Assembly (NCBI GenBank): GCA_035700025.1
Contig: DASSOY010000012.1
Location: 47,191-111,190 of the forward strand
Source: Bacillales bacterium
Lineage (GTDB): Bacteria > Bacillota > Bacilli > Bacillales > DASSOY01
Length of the DNA: 64,000 nucleotides
Reading direction: 5' to 3'
Every line of letters starts with the position of its first letter. The first letter of the stretch is position 1. Below, piece by piece: positions 56,258 through 64,000 of this stretch. A program made the translations under genes and the position numbers. The notes under the pieces are model-generated. The model did not search any database. It worked only from the letters and a program-made list of their open reading frames with translations, and was not told the origin of the DNA.

Positions 56258-56482
56258 GGCTTCACCCCTCCTCCATATTGTTCCAAAACGTGCAACAGAC
56301 CCAGTCCGTTCCGATCGTTTCCAGTATATTGTTGACGAGCAGCAATCCTCTCCGTAAATCGGATTGACCGTAACTGTAAAAAACTTTCTGTTAATTAATA
56401 TTTTACTGGCATTGATTGATCGCTTCAATATATAATTTAGATGATATTGATCTATTTTTGTTATGAATCGAGGAGATGTCTG

Positions 56483-57385
56483 ATGGAACTGCGGCAAATT
56501 AAATACTTTATTGAAGTTGCAAAAATGGAACATGTAACGGCAGCCGCTGTAAATTTGCATGTCGCGCAATCTGCGGTCAGCCGGCAAATCGCCAATCTTG
56601 AAGAAGAATTGAACGTCAAGCTGTTTCAGAGGGACGGCCGGAACGTGAAATTGACACCCGTCGGAAAAGTCTTTCTCGAACACGTCGAATTGGCATTATT
56701 GGAAATTGATCACGCGGTGGAAAAAATCCACGAATTTCTCAATCCGGAAACTGGCGTGATTCGAATCGGATTTCCGAATAGTTTATCGGCTAACACGCTT
56801 CCGGTCGTCATTTCATCCTTCCGCCATCAATATCCGAACATCAGCCTCCAAGTCCAGCAAGGAAGTTTGAAATATTTGTTGGCCGCGGTGCAAAAAGGCA
56901 GCTTGAATGTTGCTTTTGTCACGCCTGTCCCCATGAACGAAAAAGACGTCACCGGAAAAATTTTCTTCACCGAAAACATGGTAGCCTTGTTGCCGCGCGA
57001 TCATTTGTATGCGGAAAGAGAAAGCATACGACTTGATGAACTGCGCAATGACCCGTTCGTGTTGTTTCGCACCGGTTTGCGAAGAAATCTTATTTTGCAC
57101 GCGTGTCAGCAATCCGGTTTTGAGCCGGAAATCGCTTTCGAAGGAGAAGACATCGACACGATCAAAAATTTAATCGCCGCCGGCATCGGCGTCGGGTTGC
57201 TTCCGGAAACGACGGTCTCGCAAAACATTCCACGCGACACGATGACCGTACGAGTCAGTGAACCGAATATTAACCGGACCGTCGGCGTGATCGTATCGAA
57301 AAACCGCGCCATGTCGCCTTCGGAACGATTGCTCGTCGATTTTTTGAACGATTTTTATGAAAAATTGACGCAATTCGGCCGCTGA
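56483..57385 (+). CDS. gltC: LysR family transcriptional activator GltC
   Basis: MELRQIKYFIEVAKMEHVTAAAVNLHVAQSAVSRQIANLEEELNVKLFQRDGRNVKLTPVGK is closely collinear with B. subtilis GltC as recalled. It is divergent from the glutamate synthase operon. Confidence 0.85.
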   Translation: MELRQIKYFIEVAKMEHVTAAAVNLHVAQSAVSRQIANLEEELNVKLFQRDGRNVKLTPVGKVFLEHVELALLEIDHAVEKIHEFLNPETGVIRIGFPNSLSANTLPVVISSFRHQYPNISLQVQQGSLKYLLAAVQKGSLNVAFVTPVPMNEKDVTGKIFFTENMVALLPRDHLYAERESIRLDELRNDPFVLFRTGLRRNLILHACQQSGFEPEIAFEGEDIDTIKNLIAAGIGVGLLPETTVSQNIPRDTMTVRVSEPNINRTVGVIVSKNRAMSPSERLLVDFLNDFYEKLTQFGR

Positions 57386-57394
57386 ACAAGGAAA

Positions 57395-57432
57395 GCAAGA
57401 AACCGGCACGCAATTCCTTACCGGTTTCTTGC
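57395..57432. terminator. Hairpin between convergent gltC and the aconitase-family gene
   Basis: A 12-bp perfect stem, GCAAGAAACCGG ... CCGGTTTCTTGC. The T-rich tail (TTTCCTTGTT) is on the minus strand only. Confidence 0.6.
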
Positions 57433-57439
57433 CCTGAAA

Positions 57440-59383
57440 TCAATGATTCTTTTTCACCCAATTCAACTGTCCGCCGGCTAACACCACGTCGATTTGCCGC
57501 GGTGACAGAGAGTGGTGGGCGGTAAACGAAAGCTCCTTCCCTTTGACTTTTACTTGTACTTCATTGCCTTGAGTGATTTGATCATGCAATTGGCTGAGTT
57601 CGATCACATCGCCTTGCTCAAGCTGTTCAAAGTCGTCTTCCTTCGTAAAAGTGAGCGGCAGCACGCCGAAATTGATTAAGTTTTGCCAATGAATGCGGGC
57701 AAAGTCTTTCGCGAGTGCCACCCTCAGGCCGAGATATCTCGGTGCGAGCGCCGCATGTTCCCGGCTCGATCCTTGACCGTAATTGTAACCGCCGACGATC
57801 GCATGGCCGCCTTCGTCACGAATGTCCATCGCGCGCGAATAATAGCTGTCATCGATAATCTCAAACGAAAACTCACTGATTTTCGGAAGGTTGCTTCGAT
57901 AAGGCAACACCCTCGCGCCGCCAGCCAAAATTTCGTCAGTGGAGATGTTGTCTCCCATTTTTAATAAAATTTCAAGCTCCAACTTTTCCGGCAACGGATC
58001 CATTTCCGGTATCGAGGCAATGTTCGGCCCCTTGGCGAGCTCGACTTTTTTAGCGTCTTCTTCCGGAAGCGGATCATCCAGCATGTTTTCATCGATCGTC
58101 GGGTGCTTCGGCGGCTTCACTTCCGGATATTTCATATCCAATTCGCGCGGATCGGTAATCACTCCGTACAATGCGGATGCCGCGGCCGTTTCCGGACTGC
58201 ATAAAAAGACACTGTCTTCTTTCGTTCCCGATCGGCCGGGGAAGTTGCGCGGCGTCGTTCGCAAACTGTTTCTGCCCGTGGCCGGCGCTTGCCCCATCCC
58301 GATGCAGCCGTTGCATCCAGCTTGGTGCAATCGTGCTCCCGCTTGAATGAAATTGGCGATATGCCCTTCTTTCGCTAAATCGGCGAGCATTTGCCTCGAG
58401 GTCGGATTCACGTCTAGCGATACTCCATGGGCAACCGTCTTCCCTTCGACTATTTTCGATGCCATTGCAAAATCACGAAACCCAGGATTGGCTGAAGAGC
58501 CGATATATGTTTGATAAACTGGTTCCCCTGCGATTTCACGAACCGGCACAACATTGCCGGGACTCGACGGTTTAGCAATCAACGGTTCTAGTTCAGAAAG
58601 ATTGATTTCCTCATCAATGTCGTATTTCGCTCCTTCATCTGCGACAAGCTCGCTCCAATCTTGCTCTCTTCCTTCCGTTTTCAGGAAACGCTTAATTTCA
58701 TCATCCGATGGAAATACCGTCCCAGTCGCACCAAGTTCGGCACCCATGTTCGCAATGACATGACGGTCCATCGCCGATAAATGCTTCAGCCCGGGACCAT
58801 AATATTCGATTATGCGGCCGACGCCTCCTTTCACGTCGTGCCTCCTCAACATTTCCAATATAACGTCTTTTGCACTTACCCAATCAGGCAAATGACCGGT
58901 TACCTTCACACCCCAAATTTCCGGCATTTTCACGTAAAACGGCTTTCCAGCCATCGCCATCGCCACTTCAATGCCTCCAGAACCGATGGCCAGCATGCCC
59001 ATACAGCCGTTAGCACACGTATGTGAGTCGGAACCGAGCAACGTTTTTCCCGGCTTTGCCAGCCGTTGCATGTGAACCGGATGGCTGACACCGTTTCCCG
59101 GCCGTGAAAAGTACAGACCGAATCGTCTCGCCGCACTTTCGAGAAACAAATGATCGTCAGGATTTTTACTGTCTTCCTGGATAAGATTATGGTCAACGTA
59201 TTGGGCGGACGCTTCCGTCTTTACACGATCCAGTCCCATCGCTTCCAATTCGAGCATCACCATCGTTCCGGTCGCATCTTGGCAGAGCGTCTGGTCAATC
59301 TTTAAGCCAATTTCTTCTCCCGGTTTCATTTCGCCAGAGACAAGGTGGTCTTTAATCAATTTTTGGGCCACGTTTAACGCCAT
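57440..59383 (-). CDS. Aconitase-family hydratase/dehydratase (fused catalytic and swivel domains, 647 aa)
   Basis: Contains DQTLCQDATGTM, GSDSHTCANG and GCNGCIG Fe-S ligand blocks plus a C-terminal swivel domain (YGQGSSREHAA). The substrate cannot be assigned from the sequence. Confidence 0.8.
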   Translation of the reverse strand: MALNVAQKLIKDHLVSGEMKPGEEIGLKIDQTLCQDATGTMVMLELEAMGLDRVKTEASAQYVDHNLIQEDSKNPDDHLFLESAARRFGLYFSRPGNGVSHPVHMQRLAKPGKTLLGSDSHTCANGCMGMLAIGSGGIEVAMAMAGKPFYVKMPEIWGVKVTGHLPDWVSAKDVILEMLRRHDVKGGVGRIIEYYGPGLKHLSAMDRHVIANMGAELGATGTVFPSDDEIKRFLKTEGREQDWSELVADEGAKYDIDEEINLSELEPLIAKPSSPGNVVPVREIAGEPVYQTYIGSSANPGFRDFAMASKIVEGKTVAHGVSLDVNPTSRQMLADLAKEGHIANFIQAGARLHQAGCNGCIGMGQAPATGRNSLRTTPRNFPGRSGTKEDSVFLCSPETAAASALYGVITDPRELDMKYPEVKPPKHPTIDENMLDDPLPEEDAKKVELAKGPNIASIPEMDPLPEKLELEILLKMGDNISTDEILAGGARVLPYRSNLPKISEFSFEIIDDSYYSRAMDIRDEGGHAIVGGYNYGQGSSREHAALAPRYLGLRVALAKDFARIHWQNLINFGVLPLTFTKEDDFEQLEQGDVIELSQLHDQITQGNEVQVKVKGKELSFTAHHSLSPRQIDVVLAGGQLNWVKKNH

Positions 59384-59463
59384 CGTTTCCCTCCTTTATT
59401 CTCTTCAATTGAAGCATTTATTCATTATTTTGCCGAAATCGGTTGTTTTCAAACGCTTCCATG

Positions 59464-59487
59464 AAAAAAACCCCGCATCGGCGGGGT
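59464..59487 (-). terminator. Intrinsic terminator after dfrA
   Basis: Minus strand: CCCCGC cgat GCGGGG followed by TTTTTTT. Confidence 0.85.
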
Positions 59488-59490
59488 CAG

Positions 59491-59973
59491 CTATCTCCGG
59501 TCATAGACGAGAAACGCATAGTCGTACGGATTTTTCTCGTTTCGTTCACCGGGCTTTATGTAGGTTTGTTTCCATCGTTCGGCATCGATTTCAGGAAAAA
59601 ATGTGTCTCCTTCAAACGATTCGTCAATTGCCGTCACGTACAACCGGTCGGCATATGGATAAAACGCTTCAAACAGTTTCGCTCCGCCGATCACGAAAGC
59701 TTCATCTTCACCGTTTACGAGATCCAAAGCTTCCCGTACGGAATGAACGATTTCGCAACCTTCGGCTTTAAAGGTCTCGTTAGTCGTGACGACAATATTG
59801 CGGCGGTCCGGCAAAGCTTGTCCGATCGACTCGAACGTTTTCCGGCCCATAATCACCGAATGGCCAACCGTTAATTTTTTGAAATAAGCGAGATCCGCCG
59901 GCAAATGCCACGGCATTGCGTTATCCTTGCCAATGACATGGTTTTTGCCCATGGCAAACAAAAACGAAATCAT
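59491..59973 (-). CDS. dfrA: Dihydrofolate reductase
   Basis: [35 protein letters not shown]...[10 protein letters not shown]. Its start overlaps the thyA stop (ATGA). Confidence 0.95.
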   Translation of the reverse strand: MISFLFAMGKNHVIGKDNAMPWHLPADLAYFKKLTVGHSVIMGRKTFESIGQALPDRRNIVVTTNETFKAEGCEIVHSVREALDLVNGEDEAFVIGGAKLFEAFYPYADRLYVTAIDESFEGDTFFPEIDAERWKQTYIKPGERNEKNPYDYAFLVYDRR

Positions 59974-60764
59974 ACCGATACCTTCCCTTTAATGTGAGGA
60001 TGTGGATCGTAATTAGATAATGTGAAATCATCGTATCGGAAGTCGAAAATCGATTTCACTTCCGGATTCACCGTCAATTTCGGCAGCTGACGCGGCTCCC
60101 TTTCCAATTGCATTTTCACTTGTTCGACATGATTTAAGTAAATGTGCGCATCACCAAGCGTATGGATGAATTCACCAGGTTCAAGATCGCATACTTGAGC
60201 AGCCATGAGTGTCAACAATGCATACGAAGCGATGTTAAAAGGTACGCCTAAGAACGTGTCGGCGCTCCGTTGGTACAACTGGCAAGAAAGTTTGCCGTTC
60301 GCCACATAAAACTGGAACAGCAAATGGCACGGAGGAAGCGCCATTTCATCAAGCTCGCCTACATTCCATGCGCTGACAATTAAACGCCGTGAATTCGGAT
60401 TCGTTTGAATCGCTTCGATCACATCTGCAATTTGGTCAACGGTTTGACCGTCATGTTTCGGCCATGAACGCCATTGCTTACCGTAAACGGGTCCGAGTTC
60501 GCCGTTTTCATCGGCCCATGCGTTCCAAATGCTCACACCGTTCTCGCGCAAATACTTCACATTCGTATCGCCGCGCAAAAACCAAAGCAGTTCATGGATG
60601 ATCGACTTCAAATGCAGTTTCTTCGTTGTGAGCAGCGGAAAGCCTTCCTGCAAATCATATCGCATCTGATACCCGAAGACGCTTAATGTCCCTGTGCCCG
60701 TTCGATCGCTTTTCTCCGTTCCGTTTTGCAAAATGTGTCTGCAAAGATCCAAATATTGCCTCAT
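59970..60764 (-). CDS. thyA: Thymidylate synthase (ThyA type, 264 aa)
   Basis: Contains [31 protein letters not shown] and the active site [12 protein letters not shown]. Confidence 0.97.
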   Translation of the reverse strand: MRQYLDLCRHILQNGTEKSDRTGTGTLSVFGYQMRYDLQEGFPLLTTKKLHLKSIIHELLWFLRGDTNVKYLRENGVSIWNAWADENGELGPVYGKQWRSWPKHDGQTVDQIADVIEAIQTNPNSRRLIVSAWNVGELDEMALPPCHLLFQFYVANGKLSCQLYQRSADTFLGVPFNIASYALLTLMAAQVCDLEPGEFIHTLGDAHIYLNHVEQVKMQLEREPRQLPKLTVNPEVKSIFDFRYDDFTLSNYDPHPHIKGKVSV

Positions 60765-60822
60765 TTCATCGCCCCCTTCAATCTCTTACCATTGTACAAG
60801 AAACGCAGTACGTCGAACAGTC

Positions 60823-62175
60823 TCAAAACAGCAGATTTTTTCCTTTTTCGTAAAACCGGTTCATTTCGCGGCCGGGGACGAGCGCACCGCCGGTTGCCCA
60901 TGCAATGTGAGTGGCATTGGCCATCCGCTCGGATGTCAATCCTTGTTTTCTTAAATAATCGCTCTCCTCCATGAGCCGGGCCGCCGCGTATAGAGAAGCA
61001 CAAGCCGAAGGTTCGAGTTTAACGCGTTCCGTATCGAAAACCAACGTGAGCATTTTAAACAACTCATCGTCTTCTACCGTGAAAATCCCGCTGACCAACG
61101 TTTCGTTGATCGGCGTCGCGAACCGAGACGGTGTTCCTACGGCAAGTCCGTCCGCCTCGGTGTGAACAGCGATTCCGAAATCTTGAACGCTGACCTTATG
61201 ATGAGTACCGGTCAACATGCCGAGTAAACTGGACGGTGCGTGCGTCGGCTCGACGAAAAAACAATGGACATGCCGGCCGAACAATTGTTTCAATCCGAAA
61301 GTGATGCCGCCGGGGGCTCCGCCGACTCCGCACGGCAAATAGACGAACAACGGATGATCACGATCGACGTTGATGCGTTTTAATTCCAGCTGCTTGCGCA
61401 GGTGAAACGCTGCCACACTGTAACCAAGGAACAAATCACGGGAATCTTCGTCATCGACAAAATAACTGTTTGGATTTTCGGCCGATTTCCCTCTTCCGGC
61501 AGCCACAGCTTTGCTGAAGTCGCTTTCGAATTCATGCACGACAGCACCTTTTTCTCTCAACAAATCCTTTTTCCATTGTTTCGCGTCTTTTGACATATAA
61601 ACATCTACGTGAAATCCGAGTTTCGTTCCGATCATACCGATGCTCAATCCGAGATTGCCTGTTGATCCTACCGCGATTGAATAATTACTGAAAAACGATT
61701 GAAAGGCGGGGGAAGCAAACCGGGCGTAAGAATCGTTGATACTGAGCATCCGATGCTGAAGGGCCAAATCTTCTGCATGTTTCAAAACTTCATAAATGCC
61801 GCCGCGCGCTTTGACAGACCCGGCAATCGGCAACTCGTAATCGCCTTTTAAATAAAGAGAGCCCTCGATGGGATGCCCGTACTGCGCTTCCAGCTGTTTT
61901 TTCATTTTTGGAATGATCCGCAACGGTGATTCAATCGAACCGTGATTTTGCCGCGTTTCAGGGAACGCTGCTTCAAAGAAGGGCTCGAATCGCCGAAATC
62001 GAGCATCCGCTTCTTTCATGTCTTCGAACGTAACAGGCAAATCTTTCATCAAGCCCATTTTGCGTTCAAAACGGTTTTCCCAAAACACCGGTTCTAGATT
62101 TACAATTTGTTTAAGCAACGGTAACTTGTTCAGCCATTGTTGTTTTGTTCGGCCGAATAGGAAACGCTCGTTCAA
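60823..62175 (-). CDS. dsdA: D-serine ammonia-lyase (D-serine dehydratase)
   Basis: The PLP-lysine block AGSVKARGGIYEVL and overall DsdA collinearity support the call. The start is ambiguous: TTG 62175 (GAGGGG 8 nt upstream), GTG 62184 or TTG 62193. Confidence 0.9.
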   Translation of the reverse strand: MNERFLFGRTKQQWLNKLPLLKQIVNLEPVFWENRFERKMGLMKDLPVTFEDMKEADARFRRFEPFFEAAFPETRQNHGSIESPLRIIPKMKKQLEAQYGHPIEGSLYLKGDYELPIAGSVKARGGIYEVLKHAEDLALQHRMLSINDSYARFASPAFQSFFSNYSIAVGSTGNLGLSIGMIGTKLGFHVDVYMSKDAKQWKKDLLREKGAVVHEFESDFSKAVAAGRGKSAENPNSYFVDDEDSRDLFLGYSVAAFHLRKQLELKRINVDRDHPLFVYLPCGVGGAPGGITFGLKQLFGRHVHCFFVEPTHAPSSLLGMLTGTHHKVSVQDFGIAVHTEADGLAVGTPSRFATPINETLVSGIFTVEDDELFKMLTLVFDTERVKLEPSACASLYAAARLMEESDYLRKQGLTSERMANATHIAWATGGALVPGREMNRFYEKGKNLLF

Positions 62176-62215
62176 TCCAACCACCCCTCTCAACCGGCCG
62201 CCTTCTTGCCGGCAG

Positions 62216-62461
62216 TCATTCTAAATTTAATAAGCGTGTCATCCGCTCCTGATCAAACCCGACGATCACCTCGTCTCCAATGACAACGGTCGGCGTAGAC
62301 ATCGAATCGTAGCGATGGATTAATTCCTCACGCGCTTTGGCATCTTGTGAAACGTCTTTTGTTTCAAAAGCCACGTGATGATCGTTCAAAAAGCGTTTCA
62401 CGATCGTACAAGGCGGACATGAAGGCTGCGTGTAAACGATTACTCTCGGTTGCTGTCCCAT
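62216..62461 (-). CDS. Glutaredoxin-like (NrdH/YtnI-type) thioredoxin-fold protein, CPPC active site
   Basis: VIVYTQPSCPPCTIVKRFL...TPTVVIG. The ATG at 62461 has GAGGAG 8 nt upstream. It overlaps the end of the NRDE gene by 22 nt. Confidence 0.8.
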   Translation of the reverse strand: MGQQPRVIVYTQPSCPPCTIVKRFLNDHHVAFETKDVSQDAKAREELIHRYDSMSTPTVVIGDEVIVGFDQERMTRLLNLE

Positions 62462-63228
62462 AACGATGGCTCCTCTCCGATTTGAAAAGCGAACTGTTTC
62501 GATTGATTTTCCGGAACGTGCACATTTTCCATAAAATCTACGCTTCCGTCTGTCTTAACAAGAAGCGTTGTCGTCGAACGCGTCCCGTACGTTTCACTTT
62601 TGATGAAAACGGGTGACAACAGTTTCTCGATTTTTGCGCCGACACCTGTTTCCGGCAATTGTTCGTCTCGCGCTGGTTCCGCATTCGCCATGATTTTCTG
62701 CAGTTGATCATGGGTGACCGTGTCGTTTCGCAAACATCGGCGAAGTTGTTGTTTTACTAAGGTCACTTTCGGCCAAGGATCATCGAGAAGGGCATTGCTC
62801 AATCCGTAAACGCCGGATTTGAGCGCGATCGGAGGTCCGCCGCGATTCGAATAATAAAAAACCGACTGCTGATCACCGCAAATTAAGTTAAACCCTTCGT
62901 AACACCCAGACTCACCGGCGATTCTCGACATGTAACACTTCGGATGTTCCTTTCCACACAAATAACGGCGGACGAGGTCGCCGCGCGATTTTTTATCACT
63001 CATTCGTTTTCCAGGTTCGCGATAATTTGTCACGGCCGCAAACCGTCCGGATTTCGTGATCCCCATCCATGTCCCCATCTTTTCCAAATCTTTGCCGGCC
63101 AACACGTTTACATCCTCTTGCCAAAAATGCGCCGGTTTTGTTGGACGATGATAATATTCGTCGCGATTGGCAGCCATGATCAGTTTATAGTTCGGATGAA
63201 CATCGTAGGCAAAAGCAATCAAACACAT
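62440..63228 (-). CDS. NRDE family protein (TANGO2-like, DUF833)
   Basis: MCLIAFAYDVHPNYKLIMAANRDEYYHRPT carries the N-terminal Cys and the NRDE motif. Confidence 0.85.
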   Translation of the reverse strand: MCLIAFAYDVHPNYKLIMAANRDEYYHRPTKPAHFWQEDVNVLAGKDLEKMGTWMGITKSGRFAAVTNYREPGKRMSDKKSRGDLVRRYLCGKEHPKCYMSRIAGESGCYEGFNLICGDQQSVFYYSNRGGPPIALKSGVYGLSNALLDDPWPKVTLVKQQLRRCLRNDTVTHDQLQKIMANAEPARDEQLPETGVGAKIEKLLSPVFIKSETYGTRSTTTLLVKTDGSVDFMENVHVPENQSKQFAFQIGEEPSLWDSNRE

Positions 63229-63247
63229 CGATCGGCACCGGCTTTCT

Positions 63248-63634
63248 TCATGATCTCTTGAAATAATCGCGTCGCAAATCTTCCAGCATTTCGATTGACT
63301 TTTGCGCCCAGTCGTTGTTTTTTTCCTTTAATTTTGTGATTTCAGCATCAAGCGCGTTGCGTAACGAATCGTTGTAATCCGGAACCTTGCCTTCAAACGG
63401 TTTAATCGAGGCAGGATGCACCCAAGTTTTTTCAAACTCGGCCAACGCTCTCCGTTGCTGAAAGGCGACGTTCACTTGATTCGGATAATGCAAATCGCCT
63501 TGCGTCGGATGACGCAATACGGCGCGAATTTTCACAAGGACTCTTCCTTCTTCTTTCCCTGCAATTTCTCCGATGTATTTCCCTGTTTTATAAATGGCAT
63601 ACACGAGATCGCCTTGCGCATAATCCTTATTCAT
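63248..63634 (-). CDS. kapB: Kinase-associated protein B
   Basis: The [10 protein letters not shown]...[20 protein letters not shown] pattern matches KapB (recalled). ATGA overlaps the upstream gene. Confidence 0.8.
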   Translation of the reverse strand: MNKDYAQGDLVYAIYKTGKYIGEIAGKEEGRVLVKIRAVLRHPTQGDLHYPNQVNVAFQQRRALAEFEKTWVHPASIKPFEGKVPDYNDSLRNALDAEITKLKEKNNDWAQKSIEMLEDLRRDYFKRS

Positions 63635-64000
63635 CTTAATTCACCCTCCATAAATGCGTGTTTGGCAAGCACTGAATACGTAATGTCATCGTTGGGCGGA
63701 TTATGTATGCCTGCTCTTACGTCGCGATACCACTGTTCCAACGGCAGCGTCCTTGACAGACTTCGGCCGCCGACAACACGCATGGCAAGGTCGACGACGT
63801 GAACCGCCGCATTCGTCGCAACGGTTTTTGCCGCCGCCAATTCGGGTTGAAGAAAATCTCGTGTCGCGGCGTTCGTTTCCCAGCTTTCTGCAACCGAATA
63901 GAGGAGCGCTCTTGCTTTCAACAGTTCCAGCTCCATCTCGCCGATTTTTTGTTGGATATGAGGCACTTCTTTAATTGGACCAGGTAAACTGTTCGGCTGA
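63631..64000 (-). CDS. Acyl-CoA dehydrogenase family protein, C-terminal part only (gene runs off the right edge)
   Basis: The C-terminal helical domain ([23 protein letters not shown]...[27 protein letters not shown]...RDVRAG) is present. The open frame continues to position 64000. Confidence 0.8.
   Translation of the reverse strand, partial: QPNSLPGPIKEVPHIQQKIGEMELELLKARALLYSVAESWETNAATRDFLQPELAAAKTVATNAAVHVVDLAMRVVGGRSLSRTLPLEQWYRDVRAGIHNPPNDDITYSVLAKHAFMEGELR

Noticed and set aside
56360-56395. TnrA/GlnR box (TGTNAN7TNACA) near the glutamate synthase promoter (cTGTAAaaaactttcTGTTA)
   Set aside because: Only one half-site (TGTAA / TTACA) is present. The second half reads TCTGT rather than TNACA, so this is not a credible full site.
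1-64000. Scan for CRISPR arrays, IS/transposase genes, integrases, tRNA/rRNA genes and recognisable defence-system genes
   Set aside because: I saw no regularly spaced direct repeats and no transposase, integrase or Cas-like translations. I saw no tRNA-like cloverleaf sequences; the string GAGCTTCGATCC near 30765 resembles a T-arm only superficially. The window looks like core chromosome with a few decayed genes rather than a mobile island.

Overview
The window is a gene-dense chromosomal segment of an endospore-forming Bacillaceae-type Firmicute. The taxon call rests on kapB, a yjcZ-type small sporulation gene, yojF-bshB2, and gltC divergent from the glutamate synthase genes. All protein calls come from motif and family recognition in the supplied translations; no database search was run. 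I found no rRNA, tRNA, CRISPR array, IS element or prophage.

Gene content, left to right:
- 1-7.5 kb: an anaerobic / N-oxide respiration island. It holds narH' and narG preceded by four small translationally coupled genes, a cupin, a cysteine-free Crp/Fnr regulator, a 7Fe-type ferredoxin, DUF2249 and a flavodoxin.
- 7.7-21 kb: cell-wall and secreted proteins (SLT-type transglycosylase, CAP-domain proteins, InhA/M6 protease, lysozyme-like protein). The same stretch holds a SatD/DUF3307 pair, a DUF6044-like membrane protein and a DedA fusion.
- 18.9-27 kb: repair and housekeeping genes (uvsE, YcaQ-like glycosylase, a decayed nfo, a murG paralog, bshB2).
- 29-35 kb: stress and quinone-detoxification genes (SDR, thioesterase, DoxX plus ring-cleaving dioxygenase), then a RocB-like M20 peptidase divergent from an IclR regulator.
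- 35-42 kb: ECF sigma and anti-sigma factor, helD and topB.
- 42-64 kb: an MFS transporter, a FAD/Rieske oxidoreductase, DUF2252, a GAF-kinase/NarL-type two-component system, gltC with the glutamate synthase genes, an aconitase-family protein, thyA-dfrA, dsdA, a glutaredoxin-like protein, an NRDE protein, kapB and a truncated acyl-CoA dehydrogenase.

Items most worth a second look:
1. Three TGTGA-N6-TCACA boxes each lie about 41 bp from a predicted transcription start around the Cys-less Crp/Fnr gene. One box is also an intrinsic-terminator hairpin.
2. A four-gene leader cassette is fused to narG. It includes a 41-codon ORF missing from the ORF track.
3. A perfect consensus sigma-A promoter plus an intrinsic terminator define a candidate ~90-nt sRNA between helD and topB. 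About 200 bp of unexplained repeat-bearing DNA follows it.
4. Two tandem 21-bp palindromic operators sit upstream of the SatD/DUF3307 module.
5. Two decayed genes are present: nfo with an internal deletion, and a DUF2278/yukJ-like stub.
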